61,237 nucleotides of DNA from Candidatus Bathyarchaeota archaeon (GCA_005883075.1 VBAX01000050.1:3226-64462), one strand, 5' to 3'; counted from the stretch's first letter, positions 29,637 to 39,712 are shown. Notes: a model not told the origin generated them from the letters alone. Numbers and translations are program-made.

Positions 29637-30677
29637 TTGAGAGGATTGATACTTGCTGGAGGTTTCGCAACAAGACTGCGACCACTCAGTTGCTCTAAGC
29701 CGAAGTTGTTATTTCCGATCGTTGGCACGCCTCTCGTTGAATTGATGGCACGCTGGCTCAGCTCCGGTGGAGTTGATCAGATAATCCTAGCAGTAAATCA
29801 CCTTTCAGATAAGTTGAAGATCGAAGTAGGTCGCCATGTTGCAGGCGTGACGGTCAAGTTTTCAGTAGAGGAAACGCCTCTGGGAACTGCAGGCCCGATC
29901 CGGCTTGCGGCCAATCTTCTGGGCAAGGACGACCCATTCTTCGTTACAAACGGTGACATAGTGAGCGATATCGAGATTAGGCGCATGCTGGAGATGCACG
30001 AAGAGACAAATGCAGAGGCAACAATGGCGGTGGTTTCCGTCCCTGACCCATCCCCTTACGGCTCAGTCTTGACCGATTCCAACGGGAAGGTGAAAGAGTT
30101 CGAGGAAAAATCGGCGGTTCTCTCGGCCGCGAGTCATGTGAATGCTGGAGTATACGTCCTCAGTCAGAGCGTTATTGATTCTATACCAGGCGGCCGATCA
30201 GTCAGTCTAGAGAATGAAGTTTTCCCTAAGTTAGTTCGGAATGGGCGGATGCAGTCGTGGATGCACAAGGGATTCTGGTATGACATCGGAAGAGTTTCAG
30301 AATATGTGCGGGCCAACCATGAGCTCTTGCAGAAGCAAGAGCTAAAGGCCACAAAACCCGGTGCAAGCGAAGTCGGGAGGGAGATTTTGCGGCCTTCATA
30401 TTTGGGCACACGGACTCACATAGGAGTGGGCGCGAAGGTGGGACCTCTTGCGATTCTCAGCGACAACGTGAGTGTTGGAGATGAAGCAATCGTGCGGAAT
30501 TCAATAATATTTGAAGAAACATCGATTGGTGAAAAGGTCGCTGTCGAAGGCTCGGTCATCGGAGAGAGGGTGGTAATCGGTAAGGGATCGAGAATAGGCC
30601 ATGGGTCAATGATAGCTGGACAGCTAAGCATCCCCGAGGGATCAATTGTGCCGCCGAACTCGGTTATTCTCTGCTAG
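29637..30677 (+). CDS. NDP-sugar synthase (mannose-1-phosphate guanylyltransferase-like) with hexapeptide tail
   Basis: LAGGFATRLRPL, PKLL, LGTAG and NGDI motifs; C-terminal left-handed beta-helix. Confidence 0.92.
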   Translation: MRGLILAGGFATRLRPLSCSKPKLLFPIVGTPLVELMARWLSSGGVDQIILAVNHLSDKLKIEVGRHVAGVTVKFSVEETPLGTAGPIRLAANLLGKDDPFFVTNGDIVSDIEIRRMLEMHEETNAEATMAVVSVPDPSPYGSVLTDSNGKVKEFEEKSAVLSAASHVNAGVYVLSQSVIDSIPGGRSVSLENEVFPKLVRNGRMQSWMHKGFWYDIGRVSEYVRANHELLQKQELKATKPGASEVGREILRPSYLGTRTHIGVGAKVGPLAILSDNVSVGDEAIVRNSIIFEETSIGEKVAVEGSVIGERVVIGKGSRIGHGSMIAGQLSIPEGSIVPPNSVILC

Positions 30678-30678
30678 A

Positions 30679-32058
30679 ATGGAGGCGAAGGAAATTAGCA
30701 GATTCGTGAAGGCGCCAAGACTATTCGGAACCAACGGGATTAGGGGGGTCGCTGGCAAGGAGATCGACTCCGCCTTAGCTTTCCGTGTCGGTTCAGCTTT
30801 GGGAACTCTCTTTCCTAAGCACAAAATACTGATCGGCAGGGATGGTCGGATTTCTAGTCCTATGCTCCTAGAAGGGGTAGCTGCAGGTCTACTCGCTCAT
30901 GGGAATAGTGTAGAAGATCTCGGTTTGATCACAACGCCAGCGTTGGAATTTCTAGTGAAGAATACCGCCTCTTCGGCGGGAGTGATGATTACTGCAAGCC
31001 ACAACCCTCCCGAGTACAACGGATTCAAGGTGGTTGATTCTGACGGGATCGAGATCGATCGTTCAAAGGAGGAAAAAATGGAGCTACTGATTCATCGAGA
31101 CAAATGGCAGGCTAGTTATCAGTCAGGTCAGCGCGTGAGAAACGAGGGAGGAATAAGGTCCTATTTCGAGAAGGTTCAGACCCATGTCTTTGCTAGGGAC
31201 GGAATCGGAAATCTGAAGATTGTCATTGATACAGGTAACGGAGTTGCAGAACTTACTACCCCGAGCTTGCTTAGGAAGTTTGGAGCTCACGTGATCGGTA
31301 TTAATGATGTGATTGATGGCGAGTTTCCCGGTCGCAATTCGGAGCCGCGGCCCGAAAACCTAGGAGCTCTCTCGAGGATTGTCAGAGAGGAAAAGGCCGA
31401 CCTAGGAATTGCTCATGACGGGGACGGAGATAGGGCGATCTTTGTCGACGAGACGGGTATAGTTCAGCCGGGGGATCGGACTCTTGCACTTATCGAGGAC
31501 GAGTTGTTGAGGGATCATCCCGGCGCGAAGGTTGTAACGCCCATCAACACTTCAATGGTAGTATCGGAGATCGCTAGCAAGAGAAAGGGCAAACTGATCC
31601 TGACTAAGGTGGGGAGTATCGAGGTCGCAAGAACAGTCGAAAGAGTGGGTGCGTTGTTGGGTGGGGAGGAAAACGGCGGTATCTTCTATGCTCCTCATCA
31701 TCCCGTCAGGGACGGGACAATCGCAGCAGTCCTAGTTGTGAATGCAATCATTAGGAATGGTAAATCTCTTTCCAAGTTGCTTGATGGGCTTCCCAAGTTC
31801 TACATGGTCAAGGAGAAAATTCCCTGCAAGGAAGGGGGAAAGGACCGCGCGATCAAGTCCCTCGAGGCTATACTCAAAGGCAGAATATCCAGCAGCCTCG
31901 ATGGTATACGAGTGGACCTGGAGGGACGAGGATGGATTCTGGTTCGCGCCAGTGGCACCGAGCCTTTGCTTAGGCTATACGTTGAAGCGAAGACTGAGAG
32001 CCATGTCCAAGAGATACTAAACGAATTTCGACCCCTAGTGGTGAAAGCGTCAAGGTGA
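30679..32058 (+). CDS. Phosphomannomutase/phosphoglucomutase
   Basis: FGTNGIRG, TASHNP, DGDGDR, GEENGG and RASGTEP motifs. Confidence 0.94.
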   Translation: MEAKEISRFVKAPRLFGTNGIRGVAGKEIDSALAFRVGSALGTLFPKHKILIGRDGRISSPMLLEGVAAGLLAHGNSVEDLGLITTPALEFLVKNTASSAGVMITASHNPPEYNGFKVVDSDGIEIDRSKEEKMELLIHRDKWQASYQSGQRVRNEGGIRSYFEKVQTHVFARDGIGNLKIVIDTGNGVAELTTPSLLRKFGAHVIGINDVIDGEFPGRNSEPRPENLGALSRIVREEKADLGIAHDGDGDRAIFVDETGIVQPGDRTLALIEDELLRDHPGAKVVTPINTSMVVSEIASKRKGKLILTKVGSIEVARTVERVGALLGGEENGGIFYAPHHPVRDGTIAAVLVVNAIIRNGKSLSKLLDGLPKFYMVKEKIPCKEGGKDRAIKSLEAILKGRISSSLDGIRVDLEGRGWILVRASGTEPLLRLYVEAKTESHVQEILNEFRPLVVKASR

Positions 32059-32059
32059 T

Positions 32060-32274
32060 GGAAACTCGCCCCGAAACACGCCCTGATCTTCCATCCGGGA
32101 GCCCCTAGGCAACTCTCACGAAATTCGTTCGGAATTGTCGACTTCTTTCCATTTTCATCCCAGCCAGGATTGTGGCCGGAATCGCCTATCTCGCCCATTA
32201 TCACTGCCAGACAGGAAATGGTTTTCGGAAAATAGGGGGTCTTAGCGACCGACCCTCGCGTCGCAAGAGCGGCC
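32060..32274 (+). repeat. Dispersed ~215-bp intergenic element, copy B
   Basis: Homologous to 3228-3439 and to the reverse complement of 40121-40345; begins 1 nt after the phosphomutase stop. Confidence 0.85.
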
Positions 32275-32539
32275 TTTCCGGACATTAGTGAAGTAACCTT
32301 TCGGGGCTTATCATCTACCTCAAACCCTGTAGAATTGCGTGCTAGTAGCCCTGATCTCCAATCTGCTCATCGTTTCCACAGACTGCCTAAGAAATGGGCT
32401 AGAATACCGCGTTACTCGGCAAGGGTGATTTGTCCAGTCACGCTAGCAGGTCATTTCCGATACGTCACATGACCATCAAACCTGAGTCGGTATAGCCGTG
32501 CACAAATGTGGGTCGCCCCGCGGTTCCGGTCAGGTGTGT

Positions 32540-33337
32540 CTAGATTGGACTTGCGTCTGACCAGCGTTTGTCAAACGCGTCGGCGAAGACTCGTATCATC
32601 CCGTTGTTCTTGGTGAAGTGTGGGCGGAAGAACTTTGGCCGTCGTCCATTTCTTTCATTCGTAGCCCATATGAGGAACACGAGCTCCTTGTCGTCAGACA
32701 AAGTACCTCTTACAGGATACCAATCTTCCCTGGGTTGTCGAACCTCTATGCCCAATCCCATTGCCTCTCGGGCTCTGGAGACCGCCTCAGGATCTTTCGC
32801 GGTCATTAGGAGTCGGAATTTCACTTTCCTCTCGACTGCGCGATAGATTTCTTCTTTGACCTTCCCGAACCAGCCGAAGGTCTCCGCAGAGATCGAGATC
32901 TTTCTAGAGGCGTTGGCGATCACCTTGACCGTCCTAGTCTCCATCTCTTCAAGCGTCGGCAACGGTTCTAGAAGATCCTCCGGTTTGACCCCCAGTCGTA
33001 GCTCCCAATACTGAGGTTCCAACAAGGACAACAACCTCGTACTCTTGGCGTTCAAATTGTCAAGATCTCTCGACATCTCCGTCCTTTTCATGTCCTGGAT
33101 CCTAGCCACGAACTGTTTGGGCTCGGACGCTTCGAGCTTGTTGCTGCTAACCACGACAATACCCTTCTCGACAAGCTCCTTAACCGCTCTTTCCGCATCT
33201 CGCGTTGAGAAGCTTGAATGAGCTAGAATCTGCTCGATAGTCTCACCTGAGGGCTTCTCTAAGAGGGAGAAGTAGATTGAGCATCCTTCTTTCGAGAAAC
33301 CGAGTTCTTCCATGAGTTTTTGGGCTTCGTCATTCAA
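32540..33337 (-). CDS. TrmB-family transcriptional regulator
   Basis: N-terminal wHTH (LGFSKE..IYFSLL) plus a PLD-like effector domain (LSDDKE). Confidence 0.85.
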   Translation of the reverse strand: MNDEAQKLMEELGFSKEGCSIYFSLLEKPSGETIEQILAHSSFSTRDAERAVKELVEKGIVVVSSNKLEASEPKQFVARIQDMKRTEMSRDLDNLNAKSTRLLSLLEPQYWELRLGVKPEDLLEPLPTLEEMETRTVKVIANASRKISISAETFGWFGKVKEEIYRAVERKVKFRLLMTAKDPEAVSRAREAMGLGIEVRQPREDWYPVRGTLSDDKELVFLIWATNERNGRRPKFFRPHFTKNNGMIRVFADAFDKRWSDASPI

Positions 33338-33373
33338 TCCTGGAGTCGCCTTCGGCCTAAGAATCGACAGCCA

Positions 33374-33637
33374 TCAAGTAGACGTTGGCAGAGGGAAACC
33401 TCTACAGTCAACGTTCCCTTTCACTCGCCGAATAAAGTTGGGACATGCGAAGCACTGCGCAAAAGAAACGGTCTTCGAGAGCACTGGACAGTCGACAGCT
33501 TCCTTCTTCATTCTCGCTAGCTGTTTCCCTCCGACAACTCCTTTTAGATCTTGAACATACTGTTTTGGAGTCGTGGGGCTTTTTTCGGGAACGGTGACTT
33601 CCACAACGTACTTTGCTTGAGGAAGGTCTTCGCTCAT
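33374..33637 (-). CDS. Small Cys4 metal-binding hypothetical protein
   Basis: VDCPV...CFACPNF...VDC; directly upstream of trmB. Confidence 0.7.
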   Translation of the reverse strand: MSEDLPQAKYVVEVTVPEKSPTTPKQYVQDLKGVVGGKQLARMKKEAVDCPVLSKTVSFAQCFACPNFIRRVKGNVDCRGFPLPTST

Positions 33638-33719
33638 CTGCTTCCAGTCGCCCGCTCCGGGCTAGACTGCTAATTATCCCTTTGTTACTAGAGAACGTCT
33701 ACTCGGCCCGAAGCATAGG

Positions 33720-34208
33720 CTAGTCCTTTAGCTTATCTTTCGGCAGCCCGATTGAAGCGCCTTCCAACAGGGACTTCGCTTTGTCGAGAACGGTCCGGAA
33801 TTCCCTCTGCTCCTCCAGAGTCATTGAATGTTGTTGTTCCATCATTTTTGCCAGTGCCTTTGCAGTGAGCATCATCAGCGGGAGAAAGACCTCGCGCTCT
33901 TTCCCAGGGATAGCCCTATAGACGTAAGGATTGGATTCTGTAAGTACAGAAGCTTCCGCCGAGTATGCCCCTGTCCGCTTAATGTGGTACAGCCCTGCGT
34001 AGATACTTATCGGAACAATGATGAGAATGCCGACAATTCCAAACTCGTAAAGGTGAGGGAATATATTGTGAATGACAGGCACGCCGACGACGGCGAGTGC
34101 ATAGATTATTATCATCGTGCTCGCAAAGCCCAACGGGAAGGCAACGTAAGTTCCGTAGCCTATCCGGAAGTAGTACCAGCTTCGAAAGATCAACCTAGTG
34201 AGATTCAT
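33720..34208 (-). CDS. Membrane hypothetical protein
   Basis: Two TM segments; FRSWYYFRIGY N-terminus. Confidence 0.75.
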   Translation of the reverse strand: MNLTRLIFRSWYYFRIGYGTYVAFPLGFASTMIIIYALAVVGVPVIHNIFPHLYEFGIVGILIIVPISIYAGLYHIKRTGAYSAEASVLTESNPYVYRAIPGKEREVFLPLMMLTAKALAKMMEQQHSMTLEEQREFRTVLDKAKSLLEGASIGLPKDKLKD

Positions 34209-34239
34209 TGTCAGCCCGACACAAACGCTGCGCCTAACG

Positions 34240-34250
34240 TTTATATGAAA
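34240..34250. promoter_or_regulatory. TATA-like box serving divergent genes
   Basis: TTTATATGAAA lies about 32-35 nt from both ATG 34208 (-) and TTG 34281 (+). Confidence 0.5.
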
Positions 34251-34280
34251 TATCGGTCGACGGACAGTTCAGGAAGGCAC

Positions 34281-34646
34281 TTGGAGAAACGGCTCTTTCT
34301 ACTTCCTTTCGTTTGGGTCGTTTTCGGCCTTGGCTTGGTTTATGGCCTCAGATTCCTACTCGGACCCATTGTAAACATAGTTCCCACCATCTCCAATGAC
34401 AAGCCTATTGGCGGTTCGATCTTCTCCGTCCTATTCTTCAGTGTCGCCGCGGTGCTGGGAGTTCTAGCCGTGAGCCTATATTCCCTAGGCATCTGGAACG
34501 TAGACTTGTCGAGGAGAAAGGACAAAGCGGATCTTGGAGCCCTGCTTGTGTTGGTAACCGGAGGCCTGCTGCTTTGGTATGTTCCTCTGGCTTTCTTCGC
34601 CGTCGTCGCCTCCGTAGTCTATTTGCTTGCTGTGAACATCGAGTAG
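34281..34646 (+). CDS. Small multi-TM membrane protein (real part of track ORF 33828..34646)
   Basis: Hydrophobic helices start at TTG 34281; the upstream part of the ORF is antisense to another gene. Confidence 0.7.
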   Translation: MEKRLFLLPFVWVVFGLGLVYGLRFLLGPIVNIVPTISNDKPIGGSIFSVLFFSVAAVLGVLAVSLYSLGIWNVDLSRRKDKADLGALLVLVTGGLLLWYVPLAFFAVVASVVYLLAVNIE

Positions 34647-34761
34647 TCCTCGAATACCCTTGCGACCGAAACCTTAGTTATCAAGGGCAAACTCAGCCGA
34701 TCCCCACCGTTGAATCTGGGTCTCTTACTCCCATTCAGAAGGAAGCTTGTGAGTCAATCGA

Positions 34762-35469
34762 ATGACAATTCCTAAGACAGCCGTGATCCTCTCGGGTGGA
34801 GAAGGTCTACGACTAAGACCGATTACCCATGATATTCCGAAAGGACTGGTCAAGGTCGGCGGGAAACCTCTCCTCGAATGGGTAATCGAATGGCTAGAAC
34901 AGAACATGGTAACTGACTTGGTCATAGGCGTAGCCTATCTGAGAGAGAAAATAATCCACTACTTTGGAAACGGGGGGAAGTTTGGAGTGGACATTCGGTA
35001 CAGCGTTCATACGGTGGAGGGCGGAACGAGCGAGGGATTTCGCCTCGCAATTTCACGTTATGTGGATTCTCCCTCATTCTTTGCGCTTAACGGTGACCAA
35101 ATTACGGATCTTAGACTAGGTTCGTTCCACAGCAGCTACTCGAAGGATAGAGCCTTGGCATCAATTGCGGTGGTGCATCCAAGGTTGCCTTTCGGCCTCG
35201 TCGAAATTAGCCCCAAAGGATTCTGTGAAGGGTTCGTGGAGAAACCGGTTCTGAGAGATTTTTTCTGTTCGATGGGAATATACGTTTTCGATCGGAAAGT
35301 GCTGAAGTACATGCCTAGGAAAGGCGATGTTGAAAGAACAACTTTTCCAAAGCTGGCGAAAATGAATAAGCTAAAAGCCTTCAAGCACAACGGATCTTTC
35401 ATCACCGTTAACTCGTTGAGGGAGCTTGAAGAGGCCGACGAAGCACTGAAGGAAGGAAAATCAACATGA
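34762..35469 (+). CDS. Sugar-phosphate nucleotidyltransferase
   Basis: LSGGEGLRLRP, PKGL and LNGD motifs. Confidence 0.9.
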   Translation: MTIPKTAVILSGGEGLRLRPITHDIPKGLVKVGGKPLLEWVIEWLEQNMVTDLVIGVAYLREKIIHYFGNGGKFGVDIRYSVHTVEGGTSEGFRLAISRYVDSPSFFALNGDQITDLRLGSFHSSYSKDRALASIAVVHPRLPFGLVEISPKGFCEGFVEKPVLRDFFCSMGIYVFDRKVLKYMPRKGDVERTTFPKLAKMNKLKAFKHNGSFITVNSLRELEEADEALKEGKST

Positions 35470-36425
35470 ATGTCCTCATAACCGGAATAACTGGATTCAT
35501 AGGCTCAAGATTAGCCTCTCGCCTAGTTAGGGACGGCTACAACGTCCACGGTTTGGTCAGACACTCGTCCGAAAGAGAACTGAGCAGAATCAGAGATGTA
35601 ATTTCCCAGGTTCATCTCATAGAAGGAGATCTTGGAACTTTCCACTCCATAATATCGGCAGTCGATGCCTCAGAACCAGAGATAATCTTTCATCTCGGAG
35701 CGCTAACACCTGTCAGGTTGTCGTTCGACGACCCCTATCCATACATCGCAACCAACTTCGAGGGAACAGTAAACCTAGTTCATGCGATCTTGCGAGAAGC
35801 GCCTAACGCACGACTGATCGCAGCCTCCACCGCCGAGGTATACGGCTGGCAGGATGGCAACCGACCCATCGCAGAAGATGCCTTACTCAAACCAGCTTCC
35901 CCCTATGCGGTCACAAAATCCGCCGCAGACCAGTACGTTCAGATGGCCGACCGCGTCTACCATCTGAAGGGAACGGTGCTCCGACCTATCAACAGTTACG
36001 GGAGAACCGGCGAGGGAGGGTTCTACACCGAATATCTCATATCAAAAATGCTCGCAGAAGAAACCTGCTACGTTGGAGCCCCAGACTCAATCCGAGACTA
36101 CATGTTTGCAGAAGACCACGTCAGCAGCTACATCCTCGCCGCCAAGTCACCCAAAGCCATAGGCGAAGTATACAACGTGTCACCTGGCAACCCTGTTACA
36201 AACTCTGAGTTGGCGAAAATGTTGACGGGAATGACAGGGTTCAAAGGTAAGATTGTCTTTGGATCGTATCCGCCCGGTTACCCTCAGCGGCCGAAGTCGC
36301 AAGACCCGCAATATCTAGTATTGGACAATTCGAAAATATCCAAGGAACTAGGTTGGAAGCCGTCGCATACTCTTCAAGATGGACTGAAACTTACCGTGGA
36401 GATGTGGAGGTCTAAGAACAGCTAA
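35466..36425 (+). CDS. NAD-dependent nucleotide-sugar dehydratase/epimerase (extended SDR; Gmd/RmlB-like)
   Basis: TGITGFIG, HLGA, STAEVYG and YAVTK motifs. Confidence 0.92.
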   Translation: MNVLITGITGFIGSRLASRLVRDGYNVHGLVRHSSERELSRIRDVISQVHLIEGDLGTFHSIISAVDASEPEIIFHLGALTPVRLSFDDPYPYIATNFEGTVNLVHAILREAPNARLIAASTAEVYGWQDGNRPIAEDALLKPASPYAVTKSAADQYVQMADRVYHLKGTVLRPINSYGRTGEGGFYTEYLISKMLAEETCYVGAPDSIRDYMFAEDHVSSYILAAKSPKAIGEVYNVSPGNPVTNSELAKMLTGMTGFKGKIVFGSYPPGYPQRPKSQDPQYLVLDNSKISKELGWKPSHTLQDGLKLTVEMWRSKNS

Positions 36426-36459
36426 TTGGCGCGTTAAGTTTCAAGTCAAGCCGGTTTCC

Positions 36460-37563
36460 ATGAAGGTACTCTTGGTTCACCCTCGATTAGGCGTTAAGGG
36501 TGGTGGCGAAAGGGTTGCTATTCACTCGATCCTGGCGGCGACGAAGGCCGGTCACGAGGTTTCGCTTGTTAGCGAACGGTTCGACGAAGCGGGTTTCGAG
36601 GACTTTTACGGCTGCCCTGGGCTCTTCGACAAAGTCAACCGGTGCTATTATCCCCTCTTCAAGCCGCTCCTCGGGCCTCGGTTTCTGCTCTATCAAAGGC
36701 TAGCATATCACTGGGTTCGAATCAGGAGTGTCGTCTCTCGAAGTTCTTTCGATATCGTGCTCAGCACACAGGATATCGGTTACCTGCCATCGACGCGTAC
36801 TCCCGTCGTACAGTATTGCTATTTTCCGGAATATTTCTCTCATCTACAATCATCAATGTCTCCAGTCTGGCGCTTGTACTATGGGCCCGCAAGCGCCTAT
36901 TACCGGAATCGCGCTAGCCGTGTTAGGACCCTCTTGAGCGTCTCGAATTTTACTCGAGGAATCGTGGAGAGAAAATGGGGACGCGACTCCACGACCGTGT
37001 ACCCCCCTTGTCCTGTCGACGCCTATTCGGATCTCAGCAGGGTCCAGCCAAGGGAGAATTTGGTAGTGACGGTAGGCAGGTTCGTTCCGGAAAAGCGGTT
37101 CCACACATTTGTTGATTTGGCTCGCATGGTTCCTGGGACAAGATTTGTTGCCATAGGAAGTCTCGCAGATGGAACTTCAGCCTACTACGAACTGTTGAGA
37201 AGATCGGCACCAGAAAATGTTTCCTTTGTTCTATCACCTCTAAGAAAGGCAAAGGAGCTTCTTGGACGAGCCATGGCGTATGTTCATTGTGCTGAGAACG
37301 AACATTTTGGGATAACGATCGTTGAGGCAATGGCCGCCGGATGTGTCCCCATTGTCCATGACAGCGGTGGACCTAGAGAAATTGTTAGTAGCGATGTGGG
37401 TTTCCGATGGCGTGACTTAGCTGTTGCAGCAAGACAGATCACGACGCTTACTGAAAACGATCAGCTCCGTGGAGAACTCTCCGCAGCCTCATCTTCCAGG
37501 GCATGGGAGTTCCGACCGGAGGTTTTCGAATCAGAAATCGCAAGAGTCCTTCGAGTATCTTGA
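36460..37563 (+). CDS. Glycosyltransferase family 4 (ALG11-like)
   Basis: GGGERV, GRFVPEK and EHFGITIVEAMAAG motifs. Confidence 0.92.
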   Translation: MKVLLVHPRLGVKGGGERVAIHSILAATKAGHEVSLVSERFDEAGFEDFYGCPGLFDKVNRCYYPLFKPLLGPRFLLYQRLAYHWVRIRSVVSRSSFDIVLSTQDIGYLPSTRTPVVQYCYFPEYFSHLQSSMSPVWRLYYGPASAYYRNRASRVRTLLSVSNFTRGIVERKWGRDSTTVYPPCPVDAYSDLSRVQPRENLVVTVGRFVPEKRFHTFVDLARMVPGTRFVAIGSLADGTSAYYELLRRSAPENVSFVLSPLRKAKELLGRAMAYVHCAENEHFGITIVEAMAAGCVPIVHDSGGPREIVSSDVGFRWRDLAVAARQITTLTENDQLRGELSAASSSRAWEFRPEVFESEIARVLRVS

Positions 37564-37584
37564 CGCCAGAACCTTCTAGGGCTT

Positions 37585-37782
37585 CTAGGGCTCCGCTTCT
37601 CGCTCCTCCTCTAGGGCGACGACCCCCTGATATCCGCAGTTCTTGCACACATACTTTACAGGTAACATCCATCCTTCTAGTGGCATTCGCGATGTTACGA
37701 TGGATGAACCGCATCGAGGACATGCTCGGAGGCCTGCGGTGTCTCGTCGAAATGAGCCAAGGATTTCCTTAAGGATAGACAT
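37585..37782 (-). CDS. Small C4 zinc-ribbon protein
   Basis: CPRCGS...YVCKNCGY. Confidence 0.75.
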   Translation of the reverse strand: MSILKEILGSFRRDTAGLRACPRCGSSIVTSRMPLEGWMLPVKYVCKNCGYQGVVALEEEREAEP

Positions 37783-37795
37783 GCTATCCAGCTGG

Positions 37796-38104
37796 CTAGT
37801 GAAGCTCTATGCTAGTCTCAGGAAACCCGTATCCGACCAGGACTTTTTTCACTTTGTCGCGGTGGTCTCCTTGCAGGATGATCGCATTGTTCTTCGAGGT
37901 CCCGCCACACGCGCAGTATGTCTTGAGTTTCGTTGCTAGATCCGGAAGGTCTACGCTCTTCCCATCGATGCCCTCAACTATGGTCGCCGGTTTCCCCCAT
38001 TTTCGCATTTCCATACGCACCTTTACCGTCTGCTGCTCCATGCTGATAGTGCCGCAGACGCACAGGTCTTTTGGAAGGCCGCAGGTAGAACAGACGTCGG
38101 CCAT
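37796..38104 (-). CDS. sui1: Translation initiation factor 1 (SUI1)
   Basis: CSTCGLP..LC.C, KWGK.ATI, CACGG and LQGDHR motifs. Confidence 0.95.
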   Translation of the reverse strand: MADVCSTCGLPKDLCVCGTISMEQQTVKVRMEMRKWGKPATIVEGIDGKSVDLPDLATKLKTYCACGGTSKNNAIILQGDHRDKVKKVLVGYGFPETSIELH

Positions 38105-38190
38105 TCTAGAAGCCAGGTGCTCCCTTGTAATCGTCCACGGAGATTCTATCGCTGGCTTGCGTATTTAAGCGTGCCTTCAGAAACGATGGA

Positions 38191-38325
38191 TTAGACGCCC
38201 AGGTACAGAAAGAAGAGGAACCAGAACAGCCAAGCCATCCCTAGAGCAAGAATTATCGTCGTCCTTTCGGTCATCCTTTTCCTTATGTACCCTATATCCT
38301 GGAGTAAAATCCGGATTGTAACCAT
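38191..38325 (-). CDS. 44-aa single-TM small protein (below the ORF track cutoff)
   Basis: My translation: MVTIRILLQDIGYIRKRMTERTTIILALGMAWLFWFLFFLYLGV*. Confidence 0.5.
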   Translation of the reverse strand: MVTIRILLQDIGYIRKRMTERTTIILALGMAWLFWFLFFLYLGV

Positions 38326-38521
38326 GGGAACGGTGGGGGCCAAATCTTGGGCAGGGGGCAGCGAGATTGAGCCTCCGTCCGTTTAATGCTTCAAGTCTCT
38401 CTGTATTGCCATGGGTTTCCAGCGCTTTCCAGAAGGGTCGTGGAGGTTTAGTCGGCTCTAGGGGCTATCGATAAATAGGTATAGCCGGTATATACGACAA
38501 GGCGACTGAGAAGGTTCTCGA

Positions 38522-38770
38522 TTGAGTGAGCGGATAACCGTTTCGATTGAGCTGGAGTTCTTTAACAAATACCTGTTCAACGCATTGAAGAGGAGTCTCT
38601 ACAATGCGAATCCGAAGAAAAAACTGGATATTATCTACTACTACTCTAGGGATCCGCGGGTGAAATTCTCCATTTCTATGACAGGATATAGTACGACGAA
38701 GCCGAATCCATCACCACAATGGGCCACAGTGTTCAACAATATTCAGAGCATGCGCCAGTACCTTCGCTAG
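38522..38770 (+). CDS. 82-aa orphan hypothetical protein
   Basis: TATATA at 38489-38494 about 28 nt upstream of the TTG; ends convergent with tfb. Confidence 0.5.
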   Translation: MSERITVSIELEFFNKYLFNALKRSLYNANPKKKLDIIYYYSRDPRVKFSISMTGYSTTKPNPSPQWATVFNNIQSMRQYLR

Positions 38771-38779
38771 AACCTGGGG

Positions 38780-39712
38780 TTAGGCATTCAGGCCAAGGGC
38801 GTCTTTCAGGCCCTTGTACCTATTCCGAACGGTTACTTCGGTGACGTTCGCAATCTCTGCGATCTCTTTCTGAGTCTTCTTCTCTCCTTGAAGAACACAA
38901 GCAACATACAGCGCTGCTGCAGCTAGGCCCATCGGATCCTTTCCGGCCACAACTCCCTTCTTTCGTGCGTCTTTCAGTACTTGAATCGCTGACTGCTGTG
39001 TTTGTATTGTGATCTCGGCTCTGCTGGCAATTTTTGATATGCAACGAACTGGGTCTTCGACTGGCATCGACATTTCTAGCTCTCTAAGTAGGAGGCGGTA
39101 GCAACGCGCGACGTCTTTCTTCTTGATTCTGCTTGCCGATGCCACCTCCTTGAGGGTTCGGGGGGTCTCGCTGGATCGGCATGCTGCGTAGAGCGATGCG
39201 GCTGCTATTGCGGCAATTGAGCGTCCTCTGACAAGTCCGTTTTCGAGCGCCTTTCTGTATACGACTGCTGAGTCTTCTTTGACGTTGGCGGGTACGTGTA
39301 ACCTGTCGGTTAGACGGTCCAGCTCGGCCATTGCTTGGGCTAGGTTGCGGTCAGATGATGAGTGAACTCTTGTCCGGATTTGCCATTTCCGGAGACGGAG
39401 CATTTCCATTCTTGTCTCGAAGGGTAATTGTCTTCCGAACGCGTCTCTGTTGACTCGGTCGATGACGGTTGAGAGCCCCTTGTCGTGGATGGAGAAGGAA
39501 GTTGGTATTCCGACGCGGCCTCTCTCGTCCTTTTCTTCCTTAGTGAAAGCTCGCCATTCGGGTCCGCGACTCATCAGATTCTGGGACAGAACTAAGCCGC
39601 AGTCTTGGCAGATGGTTTCGCCTTGGTCGAAGTCTTCTATTAGGTTGAGGCTTCCGCATTCGGGGCAAACGTGAACTTTGGGTGGGTGTGCGCTTGGGGA
39701 TGGTGTGCTCAT
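38780..39712 (-). CDS. tfb: Transcription initiation factor IIB
   Basis: CPECG...CQDCG Zn ribbon, GPEWRAF and two cyclin repeats (GRSIAA, GKDPMG). Confidence 0.97.
   Translation of the reverse strand: MSTPSPSAHPPKVHVCPECGSLNLIEDFDQGETICQDCGLVLSQNLMSRGPEWRAFTKEEKDERGRVGIPTSFSIHDKGLSTVIDRVNRDAFGRQLPFETRMEMLRLRKWQIRTRVHSSSDRNLAQAMAELDRLTDRLHVPANVKEDSAVVYRKALENGLVRGRSIAAIAAASLYAACRSSETPRTLKEVASASRIKKKDVARCYRLLLRELEMSMPVEDPVRCISKIASRAEITIQTQQSAIQVLKDARKKGVVAGKDPMGLAAAALYVACVLQGEKKTQKEIAEIANVTEVTVRNRYKGLKDALGLNA

Noticed and set aside
32205-32240. CCAGACAGGAAAT...GGAAAATAGGGGG resembles an ORB origin box
   Set aside because: Spacing differs from ORB, it is not preserved in the other repeat copies, and no orc1/cdc6 gene is nearby.
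38405-38430. Tandem TTTCCAG motifs as possible mini-ORBs
   Set aside because: Too short, no GGAAA half, and no origin context.
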